Source: Terriglobia bacterium (GTDB lineage Bacteria > Acidobacteriota > Terriglobia > JAJPHL01 > JAPKYU01). From it: DNA of 64,000 nt. Both the position numbers and the translations under genes were made by a program. The DNA is taken from the NCBI GenBank assembly GCA_965223005.1, contig CBDCVK010000002.1, positions 352,001 to 416,000 on the forward strand, in the 5' to 3' direction. The first letter of the stretch is position 1, and each line of letters begins with the position of its first letter. Shown here in pieces: positions 10,287 through 18,916 of this stretch. Under the pieces are notes generated by a model, which was given only the letters and a program-made list of their open reading frames with translations, did not search any database and was not told the DNA's origin.

Positions 10287-10341
10287 CGCGCCGCTGGAGT
10301 CGCTGCTGCTGACCCCTGGGCGTCCGCAGGAATCCGATCTT

Positions 10342-10875
10342 CTATTCCGACTGATCCACGGACGTCCAGCGCTCGACGCTTAGCCCCGGCGGTTTGTCAG
10401 CGTGCGAGGGATGCAGCTTTCCGGAGACGCGCAGCCGCTTTCCCAGCAGGTCGCGGCGCTTCCTGATTTCGTCAATTTTTGCACCGCCAGCCAGGACGAA
10501 TTGCCGCGGCCGGCCCGGCATCACAAGCAACAGCAACTCGTCTTCTAGGGTGAGAGTTCCGGCCGCAGTTACCTCGATTTCCCGTGGCGAGAAGCCGGCA
10601 TCTCTTATGGCTTTGGGAATCCTGGTCGGGTCGAAGCTTTTGTCCTTCGCCGGCAGCACGATCCCCTGGCCGCTTTTCAGCTCTACCTTGACTTTGCCGA
10701 CGCCTTCCAGGCGCCGCAGGGCCTTTTCGGCCCCGTAGGCTCAAAGCGGTCAAACCATCCCGTCTATTCGCACTGCGGCCTTTTCGATTTGTGCGGCCAA
10801 GGGCACCGCCTCCGTGAGCCAGAATACGCTCAAAAGCGCCGCCGAAAAGATTGTCCTCCGAACCTTGCTGTTCAT
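10342..10875 (-). CDS. Secreted HMA (MerP/CopZ-like) plus OB-fold-like protein with two in-frame TGA (UxxU); candidate selenoprotein, 177 aa
   Basis: AAGGAGG SD; ATG 10875 overlaps upstream TGA (ATGA); signal peptide MNSKVRRTIFSAALLSVFWLTEAVPLAA; VRIDGMV*PL*AYGAEKALRRLEGVGKVKVEL...IPKAIRDAGF with TGA at 10752-10750 and 10743-10741; in frame with ORF 10342-10659. Confidence 0.88.
10698..10740 (-). promoter_or_regulatory. Two SECIS-like hairpins immediately 3' of the UGA codons
   Basis: Hairpin 1 (10740-10713) GCC-UA-C-GGGGCC-GAAAA-GGCCCU-G-C-GGC; hairpin 2 (10716-10698) CGGCGCC-UGGAA-GGCGUCG; G near the start of each loop; loops 21 nt after the first UGA and 31 nt after the second. Confidence 0.65.
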
Positions 10876-11834
10876 TTCTGCCTCCTTGCCACCACCTGCA
10901 ACTTAATGATGCGGTTATTGGCAGCATCGCTGACGTAGAGAAATCCCTGCCCATCAACCGCCAGCCCCTGGGGCGACTGGAACTTCGGACCGGCGCGATC
11001 CGGCACGGACCATTCGGCCAGATAGTTGCCTTCCGCGTCGAGCCATTGCACACGGTAGTTGCCGCTATCGGCCACATGCAAGTACCCGTTCTCGTCCACC
11101 ACTACGTCGGTGGGGTCCTGAAACTGCCCGTGCCAAGTGCCTGAGGTTCCCCACGCTGCCAGAAACTTTCCCCCGGGATCAAACTTCTGCACACGGTAGT
11201 TGTGGGCGTCGGCGACATAGACGCTGCCGTCGGAAGAAATGGTGAGCTTGGCCGGATAGTGCAACTGCCCTTTCGCTTGCCCGTCCTCGCCCCAACTGGC
11301 GAGAAACTTCCCCTCCGTAGAAAATTTCTGCACCCGGTGGTTGTAGAACTCGGTGACGTACACATTGGCCTCCGCGTCCACCACCACACCGGCCGGCGCG
11401 GAGAATTCCCCGTGGCGCTGCCCAGGGCGGCCCCACTGGCGCAGCAAGAGCCCTTCCCGGTCAAACACCATCAGGCGATCAAGCATGAAGTCCACTACGA
11501 AGATTTCGTCCCTGGGGCCCACCGCGACGTCCACCGGCTTGCGTAACTCGCCGCGCCCCTCTCCGCACGCCCCCCAGGTGCGGAGAAATTGACCTGTGCT
11601 AGCAAATACTTGTACGCGGCAGTTCCCGGCGTCGGCCACGTAGACCGCTCCCTCCGAATCCACCGCTAAGCCTTGCACGCTGTCGAGCTGGCCCGGCCCC
11701 TTGCCGGGCGTACCCCATTGCGTCACCACGCGGTAGTGAGGCCCGGCGGGCGCAACCGGAGGCGCTGGTTCCTGGGTGCACGCCCCGAGCAAGGCGGCCA
11801 GCAAAGTCAGCAAGCTGAGCCTTGTCCGAATCAT
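10872..11834 (-). CDS. NHL-repeat beta-propeller lipoprotein
   Basis: Lipobox LLGAC; about 6 NHL repeats (e.g. VYVADAGNCRVQVF, VYVTEFYNHRVQKF, VYVADAHNYRVQKF). Confidence 0.9.
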   Translation of the reverse strand: MIRTRLSLLTLLAALLGACTQEPAPPVAPAGPHYRVVTQWGTPGKGPGQLDSVQGLAVDSEGAVYVADAGNCRVQVFASTGQFLRTWGACGEGRGELRKPVDVAVGPRDEIFVVDFMLDRLMVFDREGLLLRQWGRPGQRHGEFSAPAGVVVDAEANVYVTEFYNHRVQKFSTEGKFLASWGEDGQAKGQLHYPAKLTISSDGSVYVADAHNYRVQKFDPGGKFLAAWGTSGTWHGQFQDPTDVVVDENGYLHVADSGNYRVQWLDAEGNYLAEWSVPDRAGPKFQSPQGLAVDGQGFLYVSDAANNRIIKLQVVARRQK

Positions 11835-12697
11835 TAGAACAACCAGCGGAAGCCAATGATGAAGCTCGAAGCGGGCTTGATTTGCGAGCCGTTCAGGTCC
11901 CGTCCGACCGGAATGGGCGAGGAGAATTCCAGCACCATGCGATTGGACACGATGAACTCAATTCCCGGCGAGAAGAATAGCAGGTTGCCGCCGGTGTCGG
12001 GCAGCTGCATGCCATTGAGCCGAGCCCGACGAACGTGTGCCCCGTTTAGCTCCAGCACGAGCATCACGCTGGGGATGCCCAGACCGTTGCGGGGCAGCAG
12101 GCGGTAGAGGTAGGCAAGGTCGTAGTTCCAGCTGTTACCCCGGCGGAGACCGTCGTTGCCGGTTGTCGTGTAGGTGAATTGGGTGTCAGCGATCAGCCAG
12201 TGGGGGTCGCGAATATGGGAAAAGATGAGCGCGCCGATGGGGTCGGTCGAGCCGGTGCCAAAGGCCCCCCCACTGGGCACCTTCAGCCCGATTTCCGGCG
12301 AGAGCCGAGTGTATCCCCCAGGAACCATTTTGCGCAGCAGGTCGTAGCGGGCGAACACGGCGCTATCGGCAAAGCTGGTGGTAGTAAAGTCGCGGGCGGG
12401 GAGGCTGGGTGCCTCGCTCTGGAGGCTCACCAGCGGGGCCACGAAGCTTAGGCTCAGATGGGGATAGGCGCCCCAGACAACCGCATAGGGATTGGTGGTG
12501 CGGCGCAACCGCAGCCCGGGCACCCCTTCGTCGAAGTTGTCGATGCGCACGAAGCTGCGGAACATCACCGCGCGGTTGAACAAGGTCCGTCCCGCTGAGG
12601 CAACGATCTGGGGCTGGGCCGTGGGACACAGGAACAGCCAGCAACCAAGCAGAGCGATCCTCGTCAGCGTGCGGCCCATATCCCCGGTTCGGTTCAT
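11834..12697 (-). CDS. Putative outer-membrane beta-barrel transporter (MetA-pathway/transporter-like)
   Basis: Signal peptide, amphipathic strands, GLKVPSG..GTGSTD, DTGGNLLFFSPG, PVGRDLNG, C-terminal GFRWLF (BAM-type terminal Phe). Confidence 0.75.
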   Translation of the reverse strand: MNRTGDMGRTLTRIALLGCWLFLCPTAQPQIVASAGRTLFNRAVMFRSFVRIDNFDEGVPGLRLRRTTNPYAVVWGAYPHLSLSFVAPLVSLQSEAPSLPARDFTTTSFADSAVFARYDLLRKMVPGGYTRLSPEIGLKVPSGGAFGTGSTDPIGALIFSHIRDPHWLIADTQFTYTTTGNDGLRRGNSWNYDLAYLYRLLPRNGLGIPSVMLVLELNGAHVRRARLNGMQLPDTGGNLLFFSPGIEFIVSNRMVLEFSSPIPVGRDLNGSQIKPASSFIIGFRWLF

Positions 12698-12893
12698 GCG
12701 TCACGCTCATCCCCCACCTGCAGCGCGCATCCGGACACTGGTAAACCCCACCTTGTTTCAGGGTATCACCGGCTTGGAGGAATCAGAAGGAGCTTACCGC
12801 GGCCGTAAGGTTCGAGAAGGATTTTTACCCGTGAGAAGAAGAGCCGTGCGCTAGCTGGGATTCCACCGCATCTGGTCGAGCGAAAGCAGGATG

Positions 12894-13151
12894 TCACGTG
12901 CGAGGAGAAGCGATGCGCCGAAGCACGTGCGGCGGTCCTTGGACCGGGATCTGGCCACCCTCCCGTTGGTCCAGCACCTTCCGGCGTTGGTCCAGCACCT
13001 TCCGGATAGTTACGCGCTGGCGCTCCAGAGTCCGCGATTGGTGCAGGTTCACACTTAAAAGCAGGGCCAGTGCTGCCAGCAGCATGGCGATCACAACCCA
13101 CTTGCCGCCGCACGGCTTCGACTTGATTCGTTTCAGTGTCGCTCCCAGCAT
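12894..13151 (-). CDS. Hypothetical small membrane-anchored protein (85 aa) with internal RKVLDQR duplication
   Basis: One TM segment (WVVIAMLLAALALLLSVNL) then a coiled-coil-like region; start uncertain. Confidence 0.5.
   Translation of the reverse strand: MLGATLKRIKSKPCGGKWVVIAMLLAALALLLSVNLHQSRTLERQRVTIRKVLDQRRKVLDQREGGQIPVQGPPHVLRRIASPRT
12964..13005. repeat. Exact 21-bp tandem duplication (in frame)
   Basis: cgttggtccagcaccttccgg x2. Confidence 0.9.
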
Positions 13152-13164
13152 TTTTCCGGTCGCT

Positions 13165-13290
13165 TCATCTGCGCTTCCGACCGCTGGGGAGCAACCGCAG
13201 CACGCGGCCGTGATGCTCGGTTTGCTGGCGGAACCAGTAGACGGTGAGGCCAAAGCCAACCCAAATTGCTACCATCGCTATCGCAATCAT
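13165..13290 (-). CDS. Hypothetical 41-aa single-TM peptide
   Basis: GGAG upstream of ATG 13290; MIAIAMVAIWVGFGLTVYWFRQQ followed by a basic tail. Confidence 0.45.
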   Translation of the reverse strand: MIAIAMVAIWVGFGLTVYWFRQQTEHHGRVLRLLPSGRKRR

Positions 13291-13548
13291 TTCTCCGTTC
13301 CTCCCAGGTCTAGGTCCAGTCCGGTTTCTCCCGGCGTCCTGCTCGATGCGATCCACCGGGAACTGTTCTGGCCCTGTATACTCAGATGCACGCCAGACGA
13401 AGTGGGTTTCAGGCGAGAGGAACAGTCGAGTTTGAAAAGTCTTGTAACTCCTGTTCCCTCTGAAGCATCTCAGTGATCAGTCAGAAACAGAGGGAAATGC
13501 GCATCGACCCGGGTCGTCCGTGCGCATCCGGGTCGCCATGCATATACA

Positions 13549-15447
13549 ATGGTCGTTCAAGTGCTGACTTCCAGAGCGAACGTGCACCGCATCCTCTCCG
13601 CCTTCGTATTATTCCTGCTGTCGAGCCCGCTGCTGGCCCAGGAGCTGCGGCTTCCCCTCCAGGGAGACTCGCTGCGCTTCGCAGTCATCGGCGACGCTGG
13701 TACGGGCAAGCGAGCTCAATATGAGGTGGCCGAGCAGCTAGCGCTGTTTCACCGGAAATCTTCCTTCGAGCTGGTTTTGATGCTTGGAGACAACCTGTAC
13801 GGGGGAGAAGGTCCGGGCGATTATAAGAAGAAATTTGAACTGCCCTACAAGCCGCTCTTGGATGCTGATGTCAAGTTTTATGCTGCGCTGGGCAATCACG
13901 ACAATCCCAAACAGCGTTTTTATTCCCTGTTCAACATGGACGGCAAACGGTTTTACGAATTTCGGCCCGCGCCGCAAGTCCAGCTCTTTGCGCTCGACAG
14001 CACTCGCATGAACCAGGCTCAGTTGAGTTGGCTGGAGGAGGCGCTGCGTAGCTCCGGCAGTCGGTGGAAAATTTGCTTCTTCCACAAGCCGATCTATTCA
14101 TCCGGGAAAAGGCACGGCTCCTCAATGAAGCTGCGCCGAAAACTGGAACCGCTTTTTGTGAAGTACGGGGTCAATGTCGTCTTTGCCGGTCACGATCATG
14201 TCTACGAGCGGCTCAAGCCCCAGAACGGCATTTACTACTTTGTCAGTGGAGCTGCCGGAAAATTGCGCAAGGGGAACGTCCGTAGGACCAACTGGACTGC
14301 CAAAGCATTCGACACGGACCGTCATTTCCTGCTGGTGGAAATCGCGGGCGACAAACTGCATTTTCAGGCGGTTTCGAGGACCGGCGAAACCGTTGACTCT
14401 GGGGTCCTCGTGCACCCGGGTTCCGCGCCAGCTTCTGCTGAGGAGGTCGCCGCGGCTGGCCAGCGGCCCGCTCAGTCGTTGGCGCTACCTGGCGAGCGCC
14501 ATTTGAAGAACATCCGCCAGCTCACCTTCGGCGGCCAGAACGCGGAAGCTTATTTTTCGCCCGACGGCAAACGGATCATTTTTCAGGCCACCCGCGACGG
14601 CCTGAAGTGCGACCAAATCTTCATCATGAACACGGACGGGTCCGACGTGCGCATGGTCTCGACCGGCAAGGGGCGTACCACCTGCGGCTACTTTCTGCCC
14701 GACGGCAAGCACTTCCTCTACGCCTCCACCCACGAGGCCGGCACCGAGTGTCCCCCGCGGCCCGATCGCAGCCGCGGCTACGTCTGGCCGATCTATTCCG
14801 GCTACGATGTCTACCTGGCCCGCGATAACGGGAAAATCGTCCGCAAGCTGACCGACCAGCCCGGCTACGACGCCGAGGCCACGGTGAGCTGGGGCACTGG
14901 CAGGATCGTCTGGACGGCGCTGCGCGAGGGCGACCTGGACATGTATTCGATGGACCTGGCCGGGAAGCATGTGAAGCGACTGACGCACAAGCCGGGCTAC
15001 GATGGGGGCGCCTTCTATTCGCCTGACGGAACCAGGCTCGTCTGGCGCGCTCACCATCCCGCCGGCACCTCCGCCCTGGCCGACTACCGCAGCCTGCTGG
15101 ACCGGAACCTCACCGCTCCCATGAAGATGGAACTGTTCGTGGCTGATGCCGACGGCCTGAACCCGCGCCAAATCACTTCATTCGGCTGTGCCAGCTTTGC
15201 TCCGTTCTTCACCCCCGACGGCCGCAACATCATCTTCTCCTCCAACAAGAACCGCTGCGACAGCCGGTTTTTCGAGCTGTTTCTGGTGAACACGGATGGC
15301 AGCGGCCTGGAGCAGGTGACCCGCTCAGGCGGCTTCAATTCCTTCCCGGTGTTTTCCCCCGATGGCAAGAAGCTGCTGTTTGTGTCGGACCGCAACGCCC
15401 GCGAGCGTTACGAATTCAACATTTTTATTGCCGATTGGCAGCCCTAG
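13549..15447 (+). CDS. Secreted metallophosphoesterase (calcineurin-like/PAP-type) fused to a TolB/PD40 beta-propeller
   Basis: Signal peptide; GDAG, LGDNLY, LGNHD, FFHKP, AGHDH; then NAEAYFSPDG, GGAFYSPDG, APFFTPDG, FPVFSPDG repeats. Confidence 0.88.
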   Translation: MVVQVLTSRANVHRILSAFVLFLLSSPLLAQELRLPLQGDSLRFAVIGDAGTGKRAQYEVAEQLALFHRKSSFELVLMLGDNLYGGEGPGDYKKKFELPYKPLLDADVKFYAALGNHDNPKQRFYSLFNMDGKRFYEFRPAPQVQLFALDSTRMNQAQLSWLEEALRSSGSRWKICFFHKPIYSSGKRHGSSMKLRRKLEPLFVKYGVNVVFAGHDHVYERLKPQNGIYYFVSGAAGKLRKGNVRRTNWTAKAFDTDRHFLLVEIAGDKLHFQAVSRTGETVDSGVLVHPGSAPASAEEVAAAGQRPAQSLALPGERHLKNIRQLTFGGQNAEAYFSPDGKRIIFQATRDGLKCDQIFIMNTDGSDVRMVSTGKGRTTCGYFLPDGKHFLYASTHEAGTECPPRPDRSRGYVWPIYSGYDVYLARDNGKIVRKLTDQPGYDAEATVSWGTGRIVWTALREGDLDMYSMDLAGKHVKRLTHKPGYDGGAFYSPDGTRLVWRAHHPAGTSALADYRSLLDRNLTAPMKMELFVADADGLNPRQITSFGCASFAPFFTPDGRNIIFSSNKNRCDSRFFELFLVNTDGSGLEQVTRSGGFNSFPVFSPDGKKLLFVSDRNARERYEFNIFIADWQP

Positions 15448-15575
15448 CATGCTTCCTCCGCGGCGGCGAAGAAAGATCTGTCCACAGGCCTTGCCGATTT
15501 CGCTGGTCCGGTGGTTTGGCTCTGCGCAATCTGGCGACGATGAGCCCTTGGTTGATTTTCTTCGCTTCCGGGACT

Positions 15576-16259
15576 TTACTGGCGGAACAACAGCCACCCG
15601 AAGACTTGTGGGACGTGGAAATTCGGTTTCGAGGTGTAGGTGGGCTTCCAGGCGATTGAGCGGCGCGGCGGGCCGTGCTCGATGCGGAAGAAATTCAACC
15701 GCCACCGCGTTCCATCCGTAGGCGGGGGAACTTCGAAAGCCTTCAAGGGGATGGTCAGCTCCGCCCACCAGGTGTGCTTGGCCGAGTCAATGCGTGCTAC
15801 GCTGCGAATTCCGGAGTTCCAGGTTGCATCGTAGTTGTTGGTTTCGCGGTCAACGTGCACGTCGACCCACTCCCCCACCGGGCTCACCTGGAATGTCTTG
15901 TAGCGAAGCAGGTCGCTGGGATCGGGTGCGATGAGGACCAGGGCTACGTCAGAGGTGGTCGACAGTTGCTCTGTTTCTTTGGCTGTCCGCGGGTTCGGGC
16001 CGATGGTCACGCTGTCGAAGTCGCACTGGAACAGCAGCCACAGCTCGTCGGCAGTCCACAGGGCGCGGATAGTAGTTCTGTGGCCCACCAGCTCCTCGCC
16101 TCGCCAATTATGCTGGAAAACGACGGGCCTCGCCTTCTTCCACATGCCCTTGTCCGGACGCGCGCCCGGCGTCGCCTCTTTTTCCCAGAATCGTGCCTGG
16201 ATGACGTCTTGTGCCGAAGCGGGCACCAACAGCAACAAGAAAGCGATGACGAAGCGCAT
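15576..16259 (-). CDS. Carbohydrate-binding family 9-like (DOMON/CBM9) secreted protein
   Basis: Signal peptide; TTIRALWTADELWLLF, WWAELTIP, WRLNFFR, NFHVPQVFG. Confidence 0.8.
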   Translation of the reverse strand: MRFVIAFLLLLVPASAQDVIQARFWEKEATPGARPDKGMWKKARPVVFQHNWRGEELVGHRTTIRALWTADELWLLFQCDFDSVTIGPNPRTAKETEQLSTTSDVALVLIAPDPSDLLRYKTFQVSPVGEWVDVHVDRETNNYDATWNSGIRSVARIDSAKHTWWAELTIPLKAFEVPPPTDGTRWRLNFFRIEHGPPRRSIAWKPTYTSKPNFHVPQVFGWLLFRQ

Positions 16260-16539
16260 TTCAAACAAGCCTTCAACGAGTATAGCACCTCGTTGTGGCC
16301 TTTGTGATGTAGCTGCGCCGGGAGTAGTTCTGCTTATGTAACCCTCGGGCCTTTTGCTGAATCGGCCTTTGCCGAATCGGATAGCTACCGCAATTCCTCC
16401 TAGGGATCCCGGTCTACATCGAATACTTCAAGGCCGGGCCATCGGCCCGCGCAGATGGCCTGGCTGGGCAGGTGGCGGGGCTGGTTGGACCGGGGCGGAT
16501 TGAAACCTCCACCGTAGCCCCAGAAGTTAGGAAGAGGCT

Positions 16540-18867
16540 TCAGCGTGTGGCGTGGCTTTCGCTGACCCGGGCGCGCAGGGTGCGCGCAGCCTGCACCATG
16601 TTCTGTAGCGAGGGCGTCACCTCCGCCCAGCGACGCGTCTTCAGTCCGCAGTCCGGGTTGACCCAAATCTGCTGGGGCGCCAGCACGGCACAGGCCTTCT
16701 CCAGCAAGCCTTCCATCTCCTCCGGCGAAGGCACGCGTGGAGAATGGATGTCATAGACACCCGGGCCGATCTCATTCGGGTAGCGGTAGCGGGCGAACAC
16801 GTCCAGCAATTCCATCTGGGAGCGGGAGCACTCGATCAGGATCACGTCGGCGTCCATCGCCGCGATGGACTCGATGATGTCATGGAAATCGGCGTAGCAC
16901 ATGTGGGTCTGGATCTGCGTTTCGTCTCGCACGCCGCTGGAAGTCAGCCGGAAGCATTCGACAGCCCAGGCCAGGTAGGCGGCCCAGTCGGGGTGCCGCA
17001 GCGGCAGTCCTTCCCTCAGCGCAGGCTCGTCAATCTGGATGATGCGCATGCCGGCCTTTTCCAGGTCCACCACCTCGTCACGCAGGGCCAGGGCAATCTG
17101 CCGGGCCGTTTCACTGCGTGGCTGGTCGTCGCGCACGAACGACCATTGCAGGATGGTGATCGGTCCGGTCAGCATGCCCTTCATTGGCTTGCTGGTTAGC
17201 GACTGGGCGTATTGGGTCCAGGGGACCGTCATGGGCTTGGGCCGCGAGACGTCGCCATAGAGGATGGGCGGCTTGACGTAGCGCGAGCCGTAGGACTGCA
17301 CCCAGGCGTTTTGGGTGAAGACGAAGCCGTGCATTTGCTCCCCGAAGTACTCCACCATGTCATTGCGTTCAGCCTCGCCGTGCACGAGCACGTCCAACCC
17401 CATTTCTTCCTGCTTCCGCACCACGGCTGCGATCTCCGCTTTCATCCGGTCTGCGTATTCGCCCTCGTTGATCTCGCGGCGCCGGAAGGCCAGGCGGCTG
17501 GCGCGGATTTCTGGGGTCTGCGGAAACGATCCGATGGTGGTGGTGGGGAAAGCTGGCAATTGCAGGCGGGCCCGCTGCCCGGCTTGCCGGACGGAGAAGG
17601 AGTTCCGACGCTTGGCATCCTCGGGACGAACGGCAGCCACCCGGGCTTTCACCTGGGGATCGTGAATGCGCGAGGAAGTCCGCCGACTGGCATTGGCGCG
17701 GCCATTGGAGTCCAGCAGCTCGCGCATCGCCTGCTCTCCTTCGTTGAGCGCCCGGACCAGAGTCACCACCTCGACCAGCTTTTGTTTGGCAAACGAGAGC
17801 CACTGGCGCAACTCGGGGTCCAGCTTCTGTTCCAGATCCAGATCCAGCGGAACATGGAGCAGCGAGCAGGAGGGCGAGACGAGCAAGCGCTCGGCCCCCA
17901 GTTGCGCTCGGGCGTGCCGCAAAACTTTCAACGCCGACTCAAGGTCAGTCTTCCAGATATTCCGCCCGTCCACGACCCCCATCGAAAGGCTCATGGAATC
18001 GGGGACGGCCTTGAGGGCCGACTCAAGCTGTTGCGGCGCGCGCACCAGGTCAAGGTGGAGGGCGGCAACCGGCAGTTGTGCGGCAGTGGCCAGGTTCTGG
18101 CCTAGGCTCTCAAAATAGGTCGCCAGCAACAGCCTGCCTCCCTGGACTCCGGCCAGACGCTTATAGGCTCTCTGATAAGCCTTTAATTCTTCCGATTCAC
18201 GGTCCAGGGCCAGGCACGGTTCGTCCACCTGAATCCACTCCGCTCCCTCGGCCACCAGCCGCCGCAGGACTTCCTCGTAGACCGGCAGCAGAGCGTCCAG
18301 AAGGCTCAGCCGGTTGAATTGCGTGCCATGCGTTTTGCCCAGCAGCAGGAACGACACCGGGCCCAGCAACACAGGGCGGGTCTGGATCCCCAGCTCGCGC
18401 GCTTCCCGGAACTCGGCGAACGGTTTTTCAGAGCTGAGCCGGAAGCCTTGCCCCGGCTGAAATTCGGGAACGATGTAGTGGTAGTTGGTATCAAACCACT
18501 TGGTCATTTCCATGGCGGGCGCATCCACCGCCGCGCTGCCGGATTTTTTCTGGACGCCGCGCGCCATGGCGAAGTAAGTGTCCGGGTCCACCTGCTCGCC
18601 CCGCCAGCCAAACCGTTCCGGGACAGCGCCCACCAGAGCACAGGTGTCCAGGACGTGGTCGTAGAAGGAAAAGTCGTTGGATGGGATGTGGTGGATGCCC
18701 ATTTGCTGCTGCAGGCGCCAGTTTTGCGCGCGCAACTCTCGCCCGCAGGCCACCAGCGTCTCCTGGTCGGTCTTGCCGGACCAGTAGCCCTCCGAGGCCT
18801 TCTTCAGTTCGCGCCTGAGTCCAATGCGAGGAAATCCCAGGTTTGTGGCGTTCACCATAGCTGTCAT
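16540..18867 (-). CDS. metE: Cobalamin-independent methionine synthase
   Basis: NLGFPRIG, MTKWFDTNYHY, PTTTIGSFPQT, LVHGEAERNDMVEYF, Zn ligands THMCY, WVNPDCGLKTR. Confidence 0.98.
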   Translation of the reverse strand: MTAMVNATNLGFPRIGLRRELKKASEGYWSGKTDQETLVACGRELRAQNWRLQQQMGIHHIPSNDFSFYDHVLDTCALVGAVPERFGWRGEQVDPDTYFAMARGVQKKSGSAAVDAPAMEMTKWFDTNYHYIVPEFQPGQGFRLSSEKPFAEFREARELGIQTRPVLLGPVSFLLLGKTHGTQFNRLSLLDALLPVYEEVLRRLVAEGAEWIQVDEPCLALDRESEELKAYQRAYKRLAGVQGGRLLLATYFESLGQNLATAAQLPVAALHLDLVRAPQQLESALKAVPDSMSLSMGVVDGRNIWKTDLESALKVLRHARAQLGAERLLVSPSCSLLHVPLDLDLEQKLDPELRQWLSFAKQKLVEVVTLVRALNEGEQAMRELLDSNGRANASRRTSSRIHDPQVKARVAAVRPEDAKRRNSFSVRQAGQRARLQLPAFPTTTIGSFPQTPEIRASRLAFRRREINEGEYADRMKAEIAAVVRKQEEMGLDVLVHGEAERNDMVEYFGEQMHGFVFTQNAWVQSYGSRYVKPPILYGDVSRPKPMTVPWTQYAQSLTSKPMKGMLTGPITILQWSFVRDDQPRSETARQIALALRDEVVDLEKAGMRIIQIDEPALREGLPLRHPDWAAYLAWAVECFRLTSSGVRDETQIQTHMCYADFHDIIESIAAMDADVILIECSRSQMELLDVFARYRYPNEIGPGVYDIHSPRVPSPEEMEGLLEKACAVLAPQQIWVNPDCGLKTRRWAEVTPSLQNMVQAARTLRARVSESHATR

Positions 18868-18916
18868 GCAATCCTCCTCAGGGTCGCGCGTTTGTTGGTG
18901 CTGTGTGGCCTGGGGC

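Noticed and set aside
10741-10752. Reading the two TGAs as ordinary pseudogene lesions or a reassigned genetic code
   Set aside because: Both fall exactly on the CxxC cysteines with an intact frame, SD and signal peptide. TGA ends many normal genes here (e.g. fabD, fabG, ybaB). The other apparent errors in the window are homopolymer indels, not substitutions.
16482-16513. Minus-strand ggtggaggtttcaatccgccccggtccaacca resembles a tRNA T-arm plus CCA end
   Set aside because: T-loop lacks TTCRA, the stem has a mismatch, and there is no anticodon arm, D-arm or matching 5' acceptor strand.
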